From positions 317,500 through 381,499 of the forward strand of contig RHPI01003369.1 in NCBI GenBank assembly GCA_009103225.1: a stretch of DNA of 64,000 bases, given 5' to 3'. This DNA comes from Chlorokybus atmophyticus (taxonomy: Eukaryota; Plantae; Mesostigma and Chlorokybus algae). Within the stretch, counting starts at the first letter, position 1, and every line of letters begins with the position of its first letter. Below are positions 36,899 through 49,205 of this stretch, one piece after another. Below the pieces are notes generated by a model, which was given only the letters and a program-made list of their open reading frames with translations, did no database searches and was not told the origin of the DNA. The position numbers and the translations under genes were made by a program.

Positions 36899-38466
36899 CT
36901 AGTCAGACGACGTCCTCTCATCCTCCGGCCCATCTGACCCATGAACTCTAGTGTACTGCAGCCGTTGTAAGCAAGTACTACATGCCATGACCGACGCCGC
37001 GCTTGCGCAAGCAAACACCAGCGGTATGGACGCCAGACACCCACTAGGCGCCAAGTTAAGTAGACACTGCACACACACAAAAATCAAGTAATAAATGTGA
37101 TCATAAGGCATTGTCTGCAAGAACAGATGGTGTCTATGATGATGGTCCTGAAGCTTACCAATAATGCAGCAGCGAAGTGTAGACCAGCAACACCACCGAT
37201 GCGCCTTTTGTTGCCACAGCTGAACGCGTCAAAGGCCGCAACTGTGCTGAAAGTGTGCAGTAACAGGAAGGCCAGTGACAACAGCGCTGCACAGCAAGTA
37301 CCAAGATACTGTTGGCATGAGTACACATCAAGGAAGAATCATGTAATGTTGGCTGACTTGCCTGCTGCAAGAAAATAGGGCATCTGAGGGCAAGCGTCCA
37401 AGTAGAATGTGCCGGGACCAAGCGAAGGCGTCAATATCGCCACAAAGAATATCGCAGAATGAGCGAAACCCTGACCGAGGCCTCCTGCTGCACAATGTAG
37501 AGCACTGTTAATCACCACAAGAGATGCAGGTCAGTTACAACTGTATGGGTGTGTGCCAATGGCCGGCATTATGTTACCCAAGGCTGTTGTCAGCTTTTCC
37601 CCTTCAGACATTGGCAATGAGCCTTTGTGCGCAGCGACTTCATCCAGTTTGGCTTGCATGCGCCTGTTATCGACACAAGTGTGCCATGCCTCTGAGACAT
37701 GCTCAAAGGCTTCATGCCTTCTGATTGAACATGCATAGCACTTAGTTACCTGGTTAGAAGCCATAGCAACAAGCGGCTGCACTCTAGCAGCGCCACAGAT
37801 AAAACAACCAAAGTGGTATATGCAAAAATTCCAGACGCACGGGAGGAGGAGAGTAACAGCGGCCGCAGCAATGATGCTAGCAGCAACGCCAGTAACCAGA
37901 AGAAGCAGCTGCAGAGCACGGCAAGTTGTCGACATGCTGTGCGTGTCAGCTGCTGCATGGCATATGAAGGATGATGTGCAGCATGCATCAACGGCAACCA
38001 GCCACACCAAGCAACCATCCTTGCATAGCTTGCATTCAACAGCTTCAGTTTTAGCTGTTGAAGCTGTTAAATGCAACTTTGCCTCGTGTAACCAACACCG
38101 TTCAAGCACAGGTACCTCTAGGTTAAAACGATAGGTGTGCTTCGTAAACTGCAATTAGTTCTACAGAGCTTCAGATGTTGCCTCTTGCATCAACTTATCC
38201 AACCTACCCAATGCCAGGCGCAAAAACAGCACCAACACAACAGCAACCCCACCAATCTTACGCGAATAACAACTCAAGCCACTCGCCAGTGCAAGGTACA
38301 AATAGTTGTTTCATTGAGCACTCCGGCGCTATGTGCATGCAATTCAAGCTCACCTGGTCAGTGTCACCAGCACATAGTAGGACTTCTTCGCGAGGCCCAC
38401 AAAAAATAGCGCCAACCCCGGCCCAATACCAATTAGCAAGTAACCCGTGAAGACCGCGACGCCCAT
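36899..38466 (-). CDS. APH1: Gamma-secretase subunit APH1-like (spliced)
   Basis: MGVAVFTGYLLIGIGPGLALF; GGLGQGFAHSAIFFVAILTPSLGPGTFYLDACPQMPYF; AFLLLHTFSTVAAFDAF; LHFAAALL; SGCLASIPLV. Confidence 0.88.
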
Positions 38467-39710
38467 GATAGAGTGGGAGGCAACGACAACGCTAGCAACG
38501 ACAACGGCGGCGGCGAGGTGGTTCGAAACCACCACCACCACCGCCTGCCTACCTTGTCCGCCAGCACTGAAGCATGCTTCCAAAAATCCAAGAAAGCTAT
38601 CTTACAGTCAAACAACTGCACATTCAGCTACCCCTGACGACACCAGCTCCGCCTCCGCCTCCGCCCATGCCGCCGCCACCTCCGCCGCCCACCTTGCCCA
38701 CAACAGCGCCCATGTGTTTGCTCACGTGGCTAAACCCTTAACCGAGTCCCGCTCAAAACAGCGTGCAACACCGGTTAGCTGACTGAAATGGTTAGTGGTC
38801 AGCCAAGTACAGTAGAAGGCAACGCAGGCAGTGAAAGATTCCGTCTAGGCGGCGACGGCGACGGCGGCGGTGGCGGCGGGATCTACGTACAGGTCGTTGT
38901 TTGGTGGAGGGGTCGACCTGGGCAAGAGCCTGAACCTTGCCAGCTGTCCTATTGTTGCGCCACCGACGTGTTGATTCTCTGCGACGGGGTACTGCTAAGA
39001 GGTTCTGCTGCCAATGGTGTTCTTCTGTGTTATGTGTTTGCTTTTCTTCAATATTCTTTGAGAATCATGTTAGTTGCTAGGAAGTGTTTGTGTAAAGTGA
39101 CATACAAGCATCAAGCGTAACTGTGCTCCCGATGCCACTTCCCATGTACTGACATGCGTACAATCCGTCTCCTCAAGTTGGCGACAATGGTGAATTGTTG
39201 CCATTGCTGCGTCTGACCGCCATGTGTTCTTCAGTCAGTGGAGACCCTAGGTTTGTTTTGTTTCTTAGAAGCAAGTTGTTCGATGCAAGTGGCAAGAATG
39301 GGGCATGCGTTCTGCTAGCTCCGCACACAACCAATACAGTTTCACTTGTTGGCTCATTTATGCAGCATGCCTTGAACAACACCAACAGATGCCTCAATTG
39401 CCTTCAAGTTGGGTTAGGGGTTGTAGCAGCTTGCCAGCGTTCATGTGGTGACTTGACAGCACCCATTGACAGCGTGTGTGCTTCTCTCAACATGGATAGG
39501 TGAAGAACTGAAGCGTGTGCGAGGCAGCGGTGCGGTGCCATTGGGTACACTTGCTACTGGGGGTGCAGCACCTACACCACTGATGAGTTCAGCATGCTGT
39601 AATCTAGTTTATTCCAGTCATGGTGACTTAGAAAACAGCAGGCTTGCCATACTTGGTGAGCTACAGCAGTAGTTAGCAAGAAAGATAGCAAAACAGCAAG
39701 GGTCTCAATT

Positions 39711-42700
39711 ATGGTGCGCACCAAGCGGGTTGGCAAGTATGAGCTTGGCAGAACGCTCGGGGAAGGCACATTTGCCAAAGTCAAGTATGCGCGCGACACT
39801 GAAAGTGGCCGTGGGGTTGCTATAAAAGTGGTGGATAAGGACCGCATCCTGCGCAATAAGATGCGTGACCAGGTTGGTGGAAGACTGGTGATTGTGCATC
39901 CGGCCTCGATAGCAACTGTTGGAATGTGGCATGTTGGCTTATGAGTGTTGTTGGTGTTTGGCGCAGCTTAAGAAGGAGATAGCAGTAATGCGCTCGTTGC
40001 GGCCGCACCCATGCATCGTGCAGTTGCTGGAGGTGCTCGCGTCGCGGAGCAAGATCTACCTGGTGTTGGAGCTTGTGACGGGCGGGGAGCTTTTCGACAA
40101 GGTTGTTGCTGCGGTAAGCACACAAACTGCCCGTCCTCAGCAATACTGGCTGTTACAACACCACACATGTGTGTGCGCTAGTGTGTGGCATGTACTGTGT
40201 GGTACGCTTCGTGCACGTCTGTGCACGCACACATGCGCACACATATGTGGTCCAACGCATTGCATGGCAACGGCGTGGTCGATGCCGGGGAAGAATAGTT
40301 ACTGGTGGGAGGTAGTAGCTGGACCTTTAACACATACACCTCTTGCAGGGTTGCCTCCCTGAGGCAGAGGCACGAAAGTATTTCCAGCAACTTATCGATG
40401 GCATCGAGCACTGCCACACACACGTGAGTTATCTACATGGGACAGTAGCTGTGCTCGTGTGTAAAGTTGCTGTCAGTGATCTCATCACAATCTGCACATG
40501 TGCAGATTGTGATGAGATCACTGACATGGCTTGGAAATCTGATCCAGATGTGCGAAAGCTGTAACTGTGATGCTTTGGCTAGCTTGTGTTATGTGCTACA
40601 TGCACTGGAGGCACAAGTGATGTAGGAAGCTGGCAATGTGTTCAAGATATGTTGATGCCAGGATGCAGACCTAATGGCCGTGTTATGCGCAGGGCATCTG
40701 CCATCGGGACATAAAGCCGGAAAACTTGCTGCTAGACTCGCAGGGTCACTTGAAGATTTCAGACTTTGGCCTCTCTGCGTTGCCCACAGCCAATGCTGAG
40801 ATGCTGAAAACAACTTGTGGCACTCCAAACTATGTCGCACCTGAGGTAACACCATACACTCTGTACAGCTTGTGTACGTTCTTGGCGCTTCTATTCATCA
40901 TGTTCATGGTTGTGTGCAGGTTTTAGCGGACCGCGGGTATGATGGCAAGCCGGCAGACATCTGGGCGTGTGGTGTTGTGCTGTACGTGCTGTTGGCTGGC
41001 TACCTGCCCTTTGATGAGCCACAGCTCAGCACGCTATTTAAGAAAATTAAGTCAGCAGACTTCACTTACCCGAGTACGCACCTTATAACTCTGCTGTCCT
41101 TATCTAGTGGAACCTTATGCACCACCTGTGGAATACCTGTGGGTTTCTGTTTCTGGCTTGCTGAGTGGTTGGCCAACATGTTGGGTGCTCCCATACGCAC
41201 AGGCTGGATCGGAAAGGAGGCACGCTCATTGATCACTAGTCTTCTTGAACCCAACCCATACAAGCGTCTCACATTATCTCAGCTTAAGAAGACCCCATTC
41301 TTTCAAAAGCACTACTTGCCCTCCGCACCGTCCACTGCACCCAGTGACTACCAGGACCCATCGCAGGTAGCAACTGTTAACCTCATGTGCAAGCCTTGTG
41401 TTGCTTTCGGTTGATACCAACTTGATACTGTTGCAGATTTGCAGCTGCCTTTGAAGTAACAGTACTGCTTCTAATGATGTGTGCGATGCATGGTAGTCAA
41501 CCTGAGCCCCAACAGCTGATGCTTGACAAGCACCGATTGAGTGGTGCACCAATCCATTGTTGACTACGCAATGTTGCAAGCAGGCTGACTTGGACGCCCT
41601 CTTCAATAGCATTGTAGATGAGGTGACCACGGACCAGTCCGCTTCGGTGTCCGGCGATGGCAAGTCGCGCTTTATCACCATTGATCATCCCGCACGCCTG
41701 AATGCTTTTGAGCTGCTGACCCTCAGCTCTGGCCTTGACTTGTCTGCGATGTTCAACCGAAGACCAGACATGGTGCGCTGCCATCACTGCTTCTGTGATC
41801 ATTATAAATCACACTGTCCTTGCACTGTCCTTACACTGTCACCGACTTGCAGTATAGTCAGACAGCTGCAGAGATGCTGTTTCTTTATGTGTGATGTTGG
41901 TGTACCAAGTGTACCTTTTGCAGGTTGCTCGCCAGACGCGGTTTGTCTCACGCAAACCGCCGCATGAGATCATGGCTCAGATTGTAGCTGTGGGGTCGGC
42001 GTTTGGCTTCACCACACACACGCGCAGTTTCAAGGTGCTGTGATCAGGCCAAGCATGTACTTGACACAGACTCACTGAATCTTGTGGTGAAAAACCATGA
42101 CTGTGCTTGTTGGCTTTCCTTAAGCCATGCGTACTGACACAGGCACTGTGCTTATTGCCAGGTCAAGTTGGAGGGAAATGTTGGCAACTGCAATCAGCCC
42201 ATGTCGTTAGTTTTCCAGGTACTGTACAAGTATAACCTTTATTCCACCAAAACATGTGTGCATTGAAGCCTTGAAGCAACTGCTTCCTTTCTCAGTTGAT
42301 GGAGATGGCACCAAACTTGTACCTGGTTGAGGCTCGCAAGATGAAAGGTGACACCATAGACTACCACAAGGTGCGTGATGGAGAGCGCACTGGCAAATAC
42401 GTAATCCACCTTCTCACAGGCACCTGGCTGTTAACAACTTGCTGTATTTACAAGCAGATGTATCAGCGCATGCGAAAGGATCTGGAGGGGCTGATGATGC
42501 CAAAGACCCTGCATCAGACAGCTGCTGCGCCTGCGGGTTTTGCACCTTTAACACCCACCACGCTACCAGCAAGAGCCGTCAGGTACAACAACGTCGTACA
42601 GGTCTAGGGGCTCGTCCCATTGCTCTTTGTCATGCATGCGTGGCTGTGAATGTGAAGGCTGATTGTCAAGGTATATATGCCCTTGAAGTGTCACGCGGTC

Positions 42701-43093
42701 TGCCTATGTTGCTTTCAAAGCGCAATGCGTGTTGTCAATGTACTCTGAACCTGCCTTTTGAGTTTGTAGTATTCACACCTAAGCGTTTAGTATGCATGTG
42801 CGTGTTAGCAGCAGCCAGTATCAGCGTCATTTCAGAGCAGTCAGAGGCAGAGGACACAGATTTTGTCTATGCTGATTGGCACAGCACTCTACGTTTGGCA
42901 AGCGCACACCCGGCATAGACAACATGCCGTGTTACGCAGTGCGACAGCCGCAACGCTCAGCGCTTCACTTCAGCCGGCTTCTCTTCCGGTCACGCCAGCA
43001 CAAAAGTTTCCTCCACCTACACCTCCGGCAAAACGGAAAGATGCAGAGGGCGTGAAGGCCAAGTTGTCTGCTCTTCTCTCCCCAGCTCGATAA
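39711..43093 (+). CDS. CIPK: CBL-interacting Ser/Thr protein kinase (SnRK3/CIPK) with a NAF/FISL domain (about 15 introns)
   Basis: [69 protein letters not shown]; NAF motif [20 protein letters not shown]; PPI-like region [18 protein letters not shown]. Confidence 0.95.
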
Positions 43094-43660
43094 AGGCTGG
43101 CTGTGCCAGGTTTGGTAATGCTAGCGCAAGTATAGTATGTTTTAGCTGATATACGCGTATCGATCTCCTGTGCATAGGCTGTGCCATCAATCACTCTTGT
43201 TGTATGTCCGCCCCGCAGTTTGAGGTTAGGAACTTGCTAGTGTACAAGCAACCCAGTGAGCAGTTCCCATTGGTTTGCGCTATTATTGATGCAGCTTTTG
43301 CCAAGTGCCAAATTGTGGCCCTTGTGAATTCAAGAACCCTCCTGCTGGTTGCACAGTTGACTACCTGTTCCGTGATGTTGGTCAAGATCATAATGGAGTA
43401 ACGCCTGTGGTCGTCCAGCATCTGATTTGCGTGTTGCTCTCTGAGATCCAAGTTCTCACGTTGCTGCACTTGTGTGGCAATCTCCGGGCACTTGAGCATG
43501 ATACGTGATGTACTATTGCTTGCATGCTTGCTCATTAGTGTACACATGCAACTTGGGTTGATACTGCATCCAAGCCAGAGAATGGCAGCCAAAATCTTGC
43601 ACGACAAATATGGTATCACCAATCGCTGACTATCACAAACAGCGCTACGCAGCAGCATTG

Positions 43661-46600
43661 CTAGTAGCTCCTTCCCCAAAGCGCCCACTTCTTTGCTGGC
43701 TTTCCTGAAGCGAAGCAGACAGTGCCTGCAGAAAGCAAAACAGGGCAATAAAATCGTCAATTCACTCGCATAATAACTGCACTGATACACAGCCAAGAAC
43801 AGAACTTATAACACCTTCTTCAAGAGGGGGCTGTTCGAATGGCATGCACAATGTCTTCGCAGCGCCTCCCTCTCCTCCTTCACCACTGCGCTTCTTGACT
43901 TGCTCCTCCACCTCCTGCAAGAAGAGGCAGTGCACACATGTAAGGCATGTTGAACATGTATGAAGTGCCGATTGCATGTGTGTAATAGCATTAGATCTTT
44001 GTAAAATTTGTACACCAACACAACCTGAAAGACAGTTCTTTACCACAGCAGTACTGTACTTACCGGCTCGTCGCACCACGGCGCCATGACCATCTTCTTT
44101 GCATCCAGCGCGGGGATGAAATCCTTCCATTCGGTGACTTTCACGATGCTGTTGTCGCGCACTTCCACCGCCCTCTTCAGCAGGGTTGACTGGATCTCAT
44201 CCAGCAGCGCTTGGGACCGCTCCAGGAGGCTGTCCCAGGGCACTGTCTCCTTCTCACCCGTATCTCTCCGCACCAACACCACCTGCATGGCAATAATTAA
44301 AAACTTGCACATGTAGCAAGCGGCTTGTTTATTTGACAAAGTGTACAGGAGTATAGTCGTATACTAGAAACTGCATATGCAGAAGTCTCAGTCTTCCAAC
44401 CTCTTGATATCGATAACACATCACGAGAACACTTCAAATTGAGAACCTGGAGAAGACTATATATTTTGCAAGTGAGTGTCTCTTGTTTAATAATGACCCT
44501 TAACTACAAGACTCTCAAACCTTCAACCCCGAACAATCTCATAACGTTCAAATAATGTGTCATTATCATAGAGAACGCACCTGTTGGGATGCGAGGTCAC
44601 GCGGGCCGATTTCGCATCGGATGGGGACTCCCTTCAGCTCCCAGTGGTTGTACTTCCACCCCGGGGTGTAGTTCTCCCTCGCGTCCAGCTTTGTCCTGAC
44701 GCCCTTCTCTTCCAGCTTCTTCGCCCAGTCTGAGGCCGCTTGCACCAGCGCATCACGGTCCTTGTCTTTGAAAGGGATGGGTATCACAACAACCTGATCA
44801 TATGTGAGAACCAACCTTACTTAGTCGTTGACTCAACCACATGACAGTTAAGCTTGCTCACGTACAAGCAACATGTGCCTGATGGACATGTGCTGCAGAT
44901 TGCAAGCACAGAGCTTGCAGCGCAAACAGATGTTGTGCATGCAGTCGCATACACACTATACCTGCACGGGAGCTATTCGCGGGGGCAGAACAAGGCCCTT
45001 ATCATCGCTGTGGACCATGACCATGACGCCAATCTGTCGCATCAGCAAGCATGAGACAAGCGCACGAGCACTTGTACTGGTTGGCAGTTGCAATGACTGA
45101 CCGTGCGAGTGGTCAGGCCCCAAGAGTTTTGCCACGGTAACTGTCTGTCGCCACTCAATGACTCGAACTCTATGTGGAACATCTTTGCAAAATTTTGCCC
45201 CAAACAATGGCTAGTAGCCCCCTGTCACAAAAAGGTGCTTAGTCAGAAGGCATGTACACGCGTATTGCCACGTGGTGTTGATGGGTGTACCTGAATGCCT
45301 CTGCCTGTGCTTGGGATGAATGCCTCCACTGTGGTTGTGTACAGTCCTCCCGCAAATTTTTCCTTCTCTGACTTGATCCCTTTGATGACGGGTACTGCGA
45401 GCAGCTCCTCATAGACTTTTCTGTACAGCTCCAGTACATCAAGCACCTCTGCGTCTGCCTCCTCCTTAGTGGCAAAGACAGTGTGTCCCTCCTGCCACAG
45501 GAACTCTCTCGAGCGTATGAACGGCGTGGGGTGCTTGAACTCCCACCTCACAACATTATTCCACTGGTTGATCTTCAGCGGGAGGTCGCGGTGGGATCGG
45601 ATCCAGCTGGCGTACGCCGGATACATCACCGTTTCAGACGTGGGACGCACTGCAATAGGTACTTCCAACTCACTTTGACCTGATTTTGTCACCCACGCAA
45701 CTTCGGGTGCGAAACCCTCGACATGGTCTTTTTCTGCGGTGAGTGCACGCTCCGACACAAAGAGTGGGAAGTAAGCGTTCTCCACGCCCATGCGCTTGAT
45801 GGCCGCGTCGATGAAGTCGCGGATGCGCTCCCAGATGGCGTATGACCAAGGACGCAAGATGTAGCAACCGGACACGTCGTAGTAATCGATCATCTCGCCG
45901 GCAGTCACGACCTCAGAGTACCAACGACCAAAATCGTCATCTTTCTTCACGCTCAAACCAAGCTGAGTCTCCTTCTTAACCTGAACGCCAGCACACAGGC
46001 AAGTGCTTCAGTGCCAGCAACACAGCTGACTGCTGCTTTCTGCCGATAGTCAGGTTGTTGTTGTCATCGTCGTTGTTGTTATTGTTATTGTTCGGTGCAG
46101 TATGCATGTATGGCAACATACAACCGCGCCAGTACACAATTGCTAAGACGTACTGTCTTGCACACGCATAGCTAGCAGACATTTGTCACATGCATGCATT
46201 CAATGCCACAACGCCAATCAAATCACTTGTAACAGCACAGCTGCTGGCGAACCTGTAATGGATGCATGCATTGTGTGTTTATGCCATTTATTCATGTTCG
46301 TTTTGCATGGATACAATGATCTTCACCTGCTGTTGTCGCAATCACCAGCACACCGCAAGGCCCTACCCATAATGCTGAGCATGTGTATTGCTCGTCAACT
46401 GACAGAGCTGAACCATTGCTGACAATATGCTCTCCCACCTTGCACCACCACAGATGCAAGAGTGGGAGTGGTGTAACAGGCGGGATGACTGTTGCCACAA
46501 GCAGCGTTGATGCTTGCATTGGACTTTTGCTAGTTGATTGAAGCAAGCAAGCCAGCATTACCTCTTTCTTCGCCGACTGCCCTGCTCCCTGAGCAGGCTT

Positions 46601-46777
46601 GTTCTCCTTTTTCTCCTTCTTCTCTTTCTTCTCCTTCTCCTTTCGCTCCTTCTTTTCCCTCTTCGCAGCGTCCTCGCTAGCTGGCACGGCGGCGGCGGCG
46701 TTGGCGGAGGTCGCACCGTTGCCGTCCTCCTGAGGGCTAGCAGGTACCACCTGAGGCTCCTCCGTGGCGCTCGCCAT
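43661..46777 (-). CDS. ProRS: Prolyl-tRNA synthetase, eukaryote/archaea-like type, probably cytosolic (spliced)
   Basis: [92 protein letters not shown]; C-terminus WALWGRSY*; Lys/Glu-rich N-terminal extension. Confidence 0.96.
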
Positions 46778-46932
46778 GGCACCACCGACAAGGACGACAC
46801 GGACGCCCACGCCGTCGCCCACACTGCCGCCGCCGCTGCTGCAGCTGCAAATGTTGCCTACAAGCGCCAATACATCATCTAGGCGGCGGCGGAGGCGGCG
46901 GCGGGGTGCTTGTCGGTGTCGTCGTTGTCAGC

Positions 46933-48580
46933 ATGGTCGTCCGGGCCGACAAGGCGCTGGCGGTAGCAGAGCAGACGGAGCCCGCCGTCCTCCGCAGGGT
47001 GGAGGTGCCCAGAGCGCTGGTGCCTTACGCCGCCTCCTGCGTGCCAGCCGTAGCTTCAGCTGCTGATGCTGCGGCTGCCGCTGGTCACGACAGGGACGAG
47101 GACGAGGAGGAGGAGCATGATGAGGATGCCAAGCATCAACAGCAGCAGCTGGCTTCGACCTCCGGGCGGGGAGAGAAAGAGCTCTGGTTGCTGCAGCTGC
47201 CTAACAAGGTGCACTGGCCTTCATGTGTTATATTATCTTTGATGTCAGCATGGGGAGTGTGGCAAGTTACTACAAAGTGCACCATGCTTAATTTGTTCGG
47301 CAAGTGAAGCGCAATGGGCCAATGCTCGTTTGCATTGCTGCTTGGCGTGCATGCTTAGATGCTTTGTGAGAACCGTGTGCCTTGTGCTCTCCGCTGTTGT
47401 CTCGAAGTTAATTGCTGCCATTCACATTGCATGCAATGTTTGCTGGTGCGAATGTGTTCAGCAAAGACAATGACAGCCTTCTCGCGCTTGTGGCATATGC
47501 AGCTTCCGCTCAGTAAGCTTCAGGGCATGCGATGGAAGATGGAGTCTACTATGGATGGCGCAGGAAGACTAGGCAGCTTTGAGCATGAAGGCAAGGGACC
47601 ACACTCGCATGCACACACACACACACACACGTGCACACACGCGCATACACATCAGGTGCATACGCATGCGTGAGTGTCTGCCTTCATTTGGTAGCATTGC
47701 GTGTGCGCTCACGCGTGTATGTGTTGTGACGTTGTGCTTGTTACTCGCTTTTCCAACCGCTCACGTTCTACAAACACAGGTGTTCATTATGCCCTATCGC
47801 AAACAGATCCCGCCTTCGCCGAGCCGCTGCATGCTGTGCTTGCCATGGGCGACAAGGCAGCTGCGTGTAAGCTTGCGCATGTTTAGTACGGCTATCTTTT
47901 CATATGTTGTTGACCGCGATTGTGTGTGGTTCGCTCTCGCAGGTAGGCGAGTTAATCGTCACGTCTGCGTCACGTTAAGTCCTCCCCCGGACATGCACGC
48001 CCTGCTACCTCTCACCAACAACACAACCACACACACAACAGCACGGGACTCAGCCCCACCTTTGGCCCTGCCAGATGTTGGTGGATCAGCTTCAGCACCC
48101 TCCGGTGAGCAGCATAGCACTTCACATCTTAGTGCATACGCGTTGCACTGGAATGTGTGCTTGTGAGCGTGCGTGAGGCTTGGAAGCCAGTGCCCTGTGT
48201 GTCAATCACCCATCTTAATTTGTTCATTTTACTTTATCATATGTATTCAATGCACGTGTACAGAGCCCTCAGCCAAGCGGCAAAAGCGGTCGAGTGAGGC
48301 CGGCATGCAGCAAGACTCTGGCACGCCACTCAAGAAGAAGAAGAAGTCTATTGCAACTGCATCTGCAACAGAAGCTGCGCAGGCAGTCAACAACAGCAAC
48401 AACCCAATGCGGCCCTCATCATCATCGCCGTCCGTGCAGTCGGGCGGGGTGAAGAAGCCGATGGGGCAAGCGCAGCAGAGGACTTTAAGCGAGAAGATGA
48501 CAACAACTGTTGAGGCCAAGCATGCGGAAGGTGCTGGCAGGCTACAAAGGATGCAGGGCAAGCGTAAAGGTAAAGGCTGA
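46933..48580 (+). CDS. Mediator-associated protein 2 (At5g64680-like) / RNA polymerase I A34.5-like protein (spliced)
   Basis: Motifs ELWLLQLP..GRLGSFEHEG-GVHYAL..RRVNRHVCVTL, followed by a Lys-rich NLS-like tail (PSAKRQKR, PLKKKKK, KRKGKG*). The family call is recalled from similarity, not from a search. Confidence 0.6.
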
Positions 48581-49205
48581 GAATCCGCAGAAGCTCAAAA
48601 CATAGAACATTATCGTTGTGAACCTGCATGCTGCCTAAGAATGTGCGCCAACAGTGTGCGGAGAGTGGGCTCATCGATCAGATTTGCATCCACTATTATG
48701 CAACATCAACATAAAGTTCTAGCTTGTATCTGCAGCCAAGTTGTTTGATCTGCACATGTTGCAACCGACACGACCTATGTGACTGTCCATCCCTTATTGC
48801 AAAATTGCCATCATGGAGAGGTGCTGTAATGATTGGTGGGGACACCGCGGTGGTCAGCAAGTGGAATTTTGCTGCAATGTGTGCAGCTTCTGGGAGAACT
48901 TTGGGCTAGCAAACAACAGCACACACGTTGCGCGCGCACAACAGCATGTCATATATCACGTACACTGGTGAGCAACATCAACAGCAGCCAACAATAGCTA
49001 ACTGGCGCATAACTCGCACCACCCACAGGTATTTGTCGTGGTTCTGACACAGCTCCGCGCCGGAGGACACACACCAGTTTAGTTGATCAGTCTCTTCATG
49101 CAAATCAGCCCACCTCTGGCACATGAGCAACCAAAAACTTGGACTTCAACTGTAATTGTAATTACATGAGTCAACAGGGATGTATTGCATACATCAGAAA
49201 GCACT

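Noticed and set aside
43191-43796. 201-aa minus-strand ORF
   Set aside because: It overlaps the last ProRS exon and 3' UTR in another frame and has no recognisable domain.
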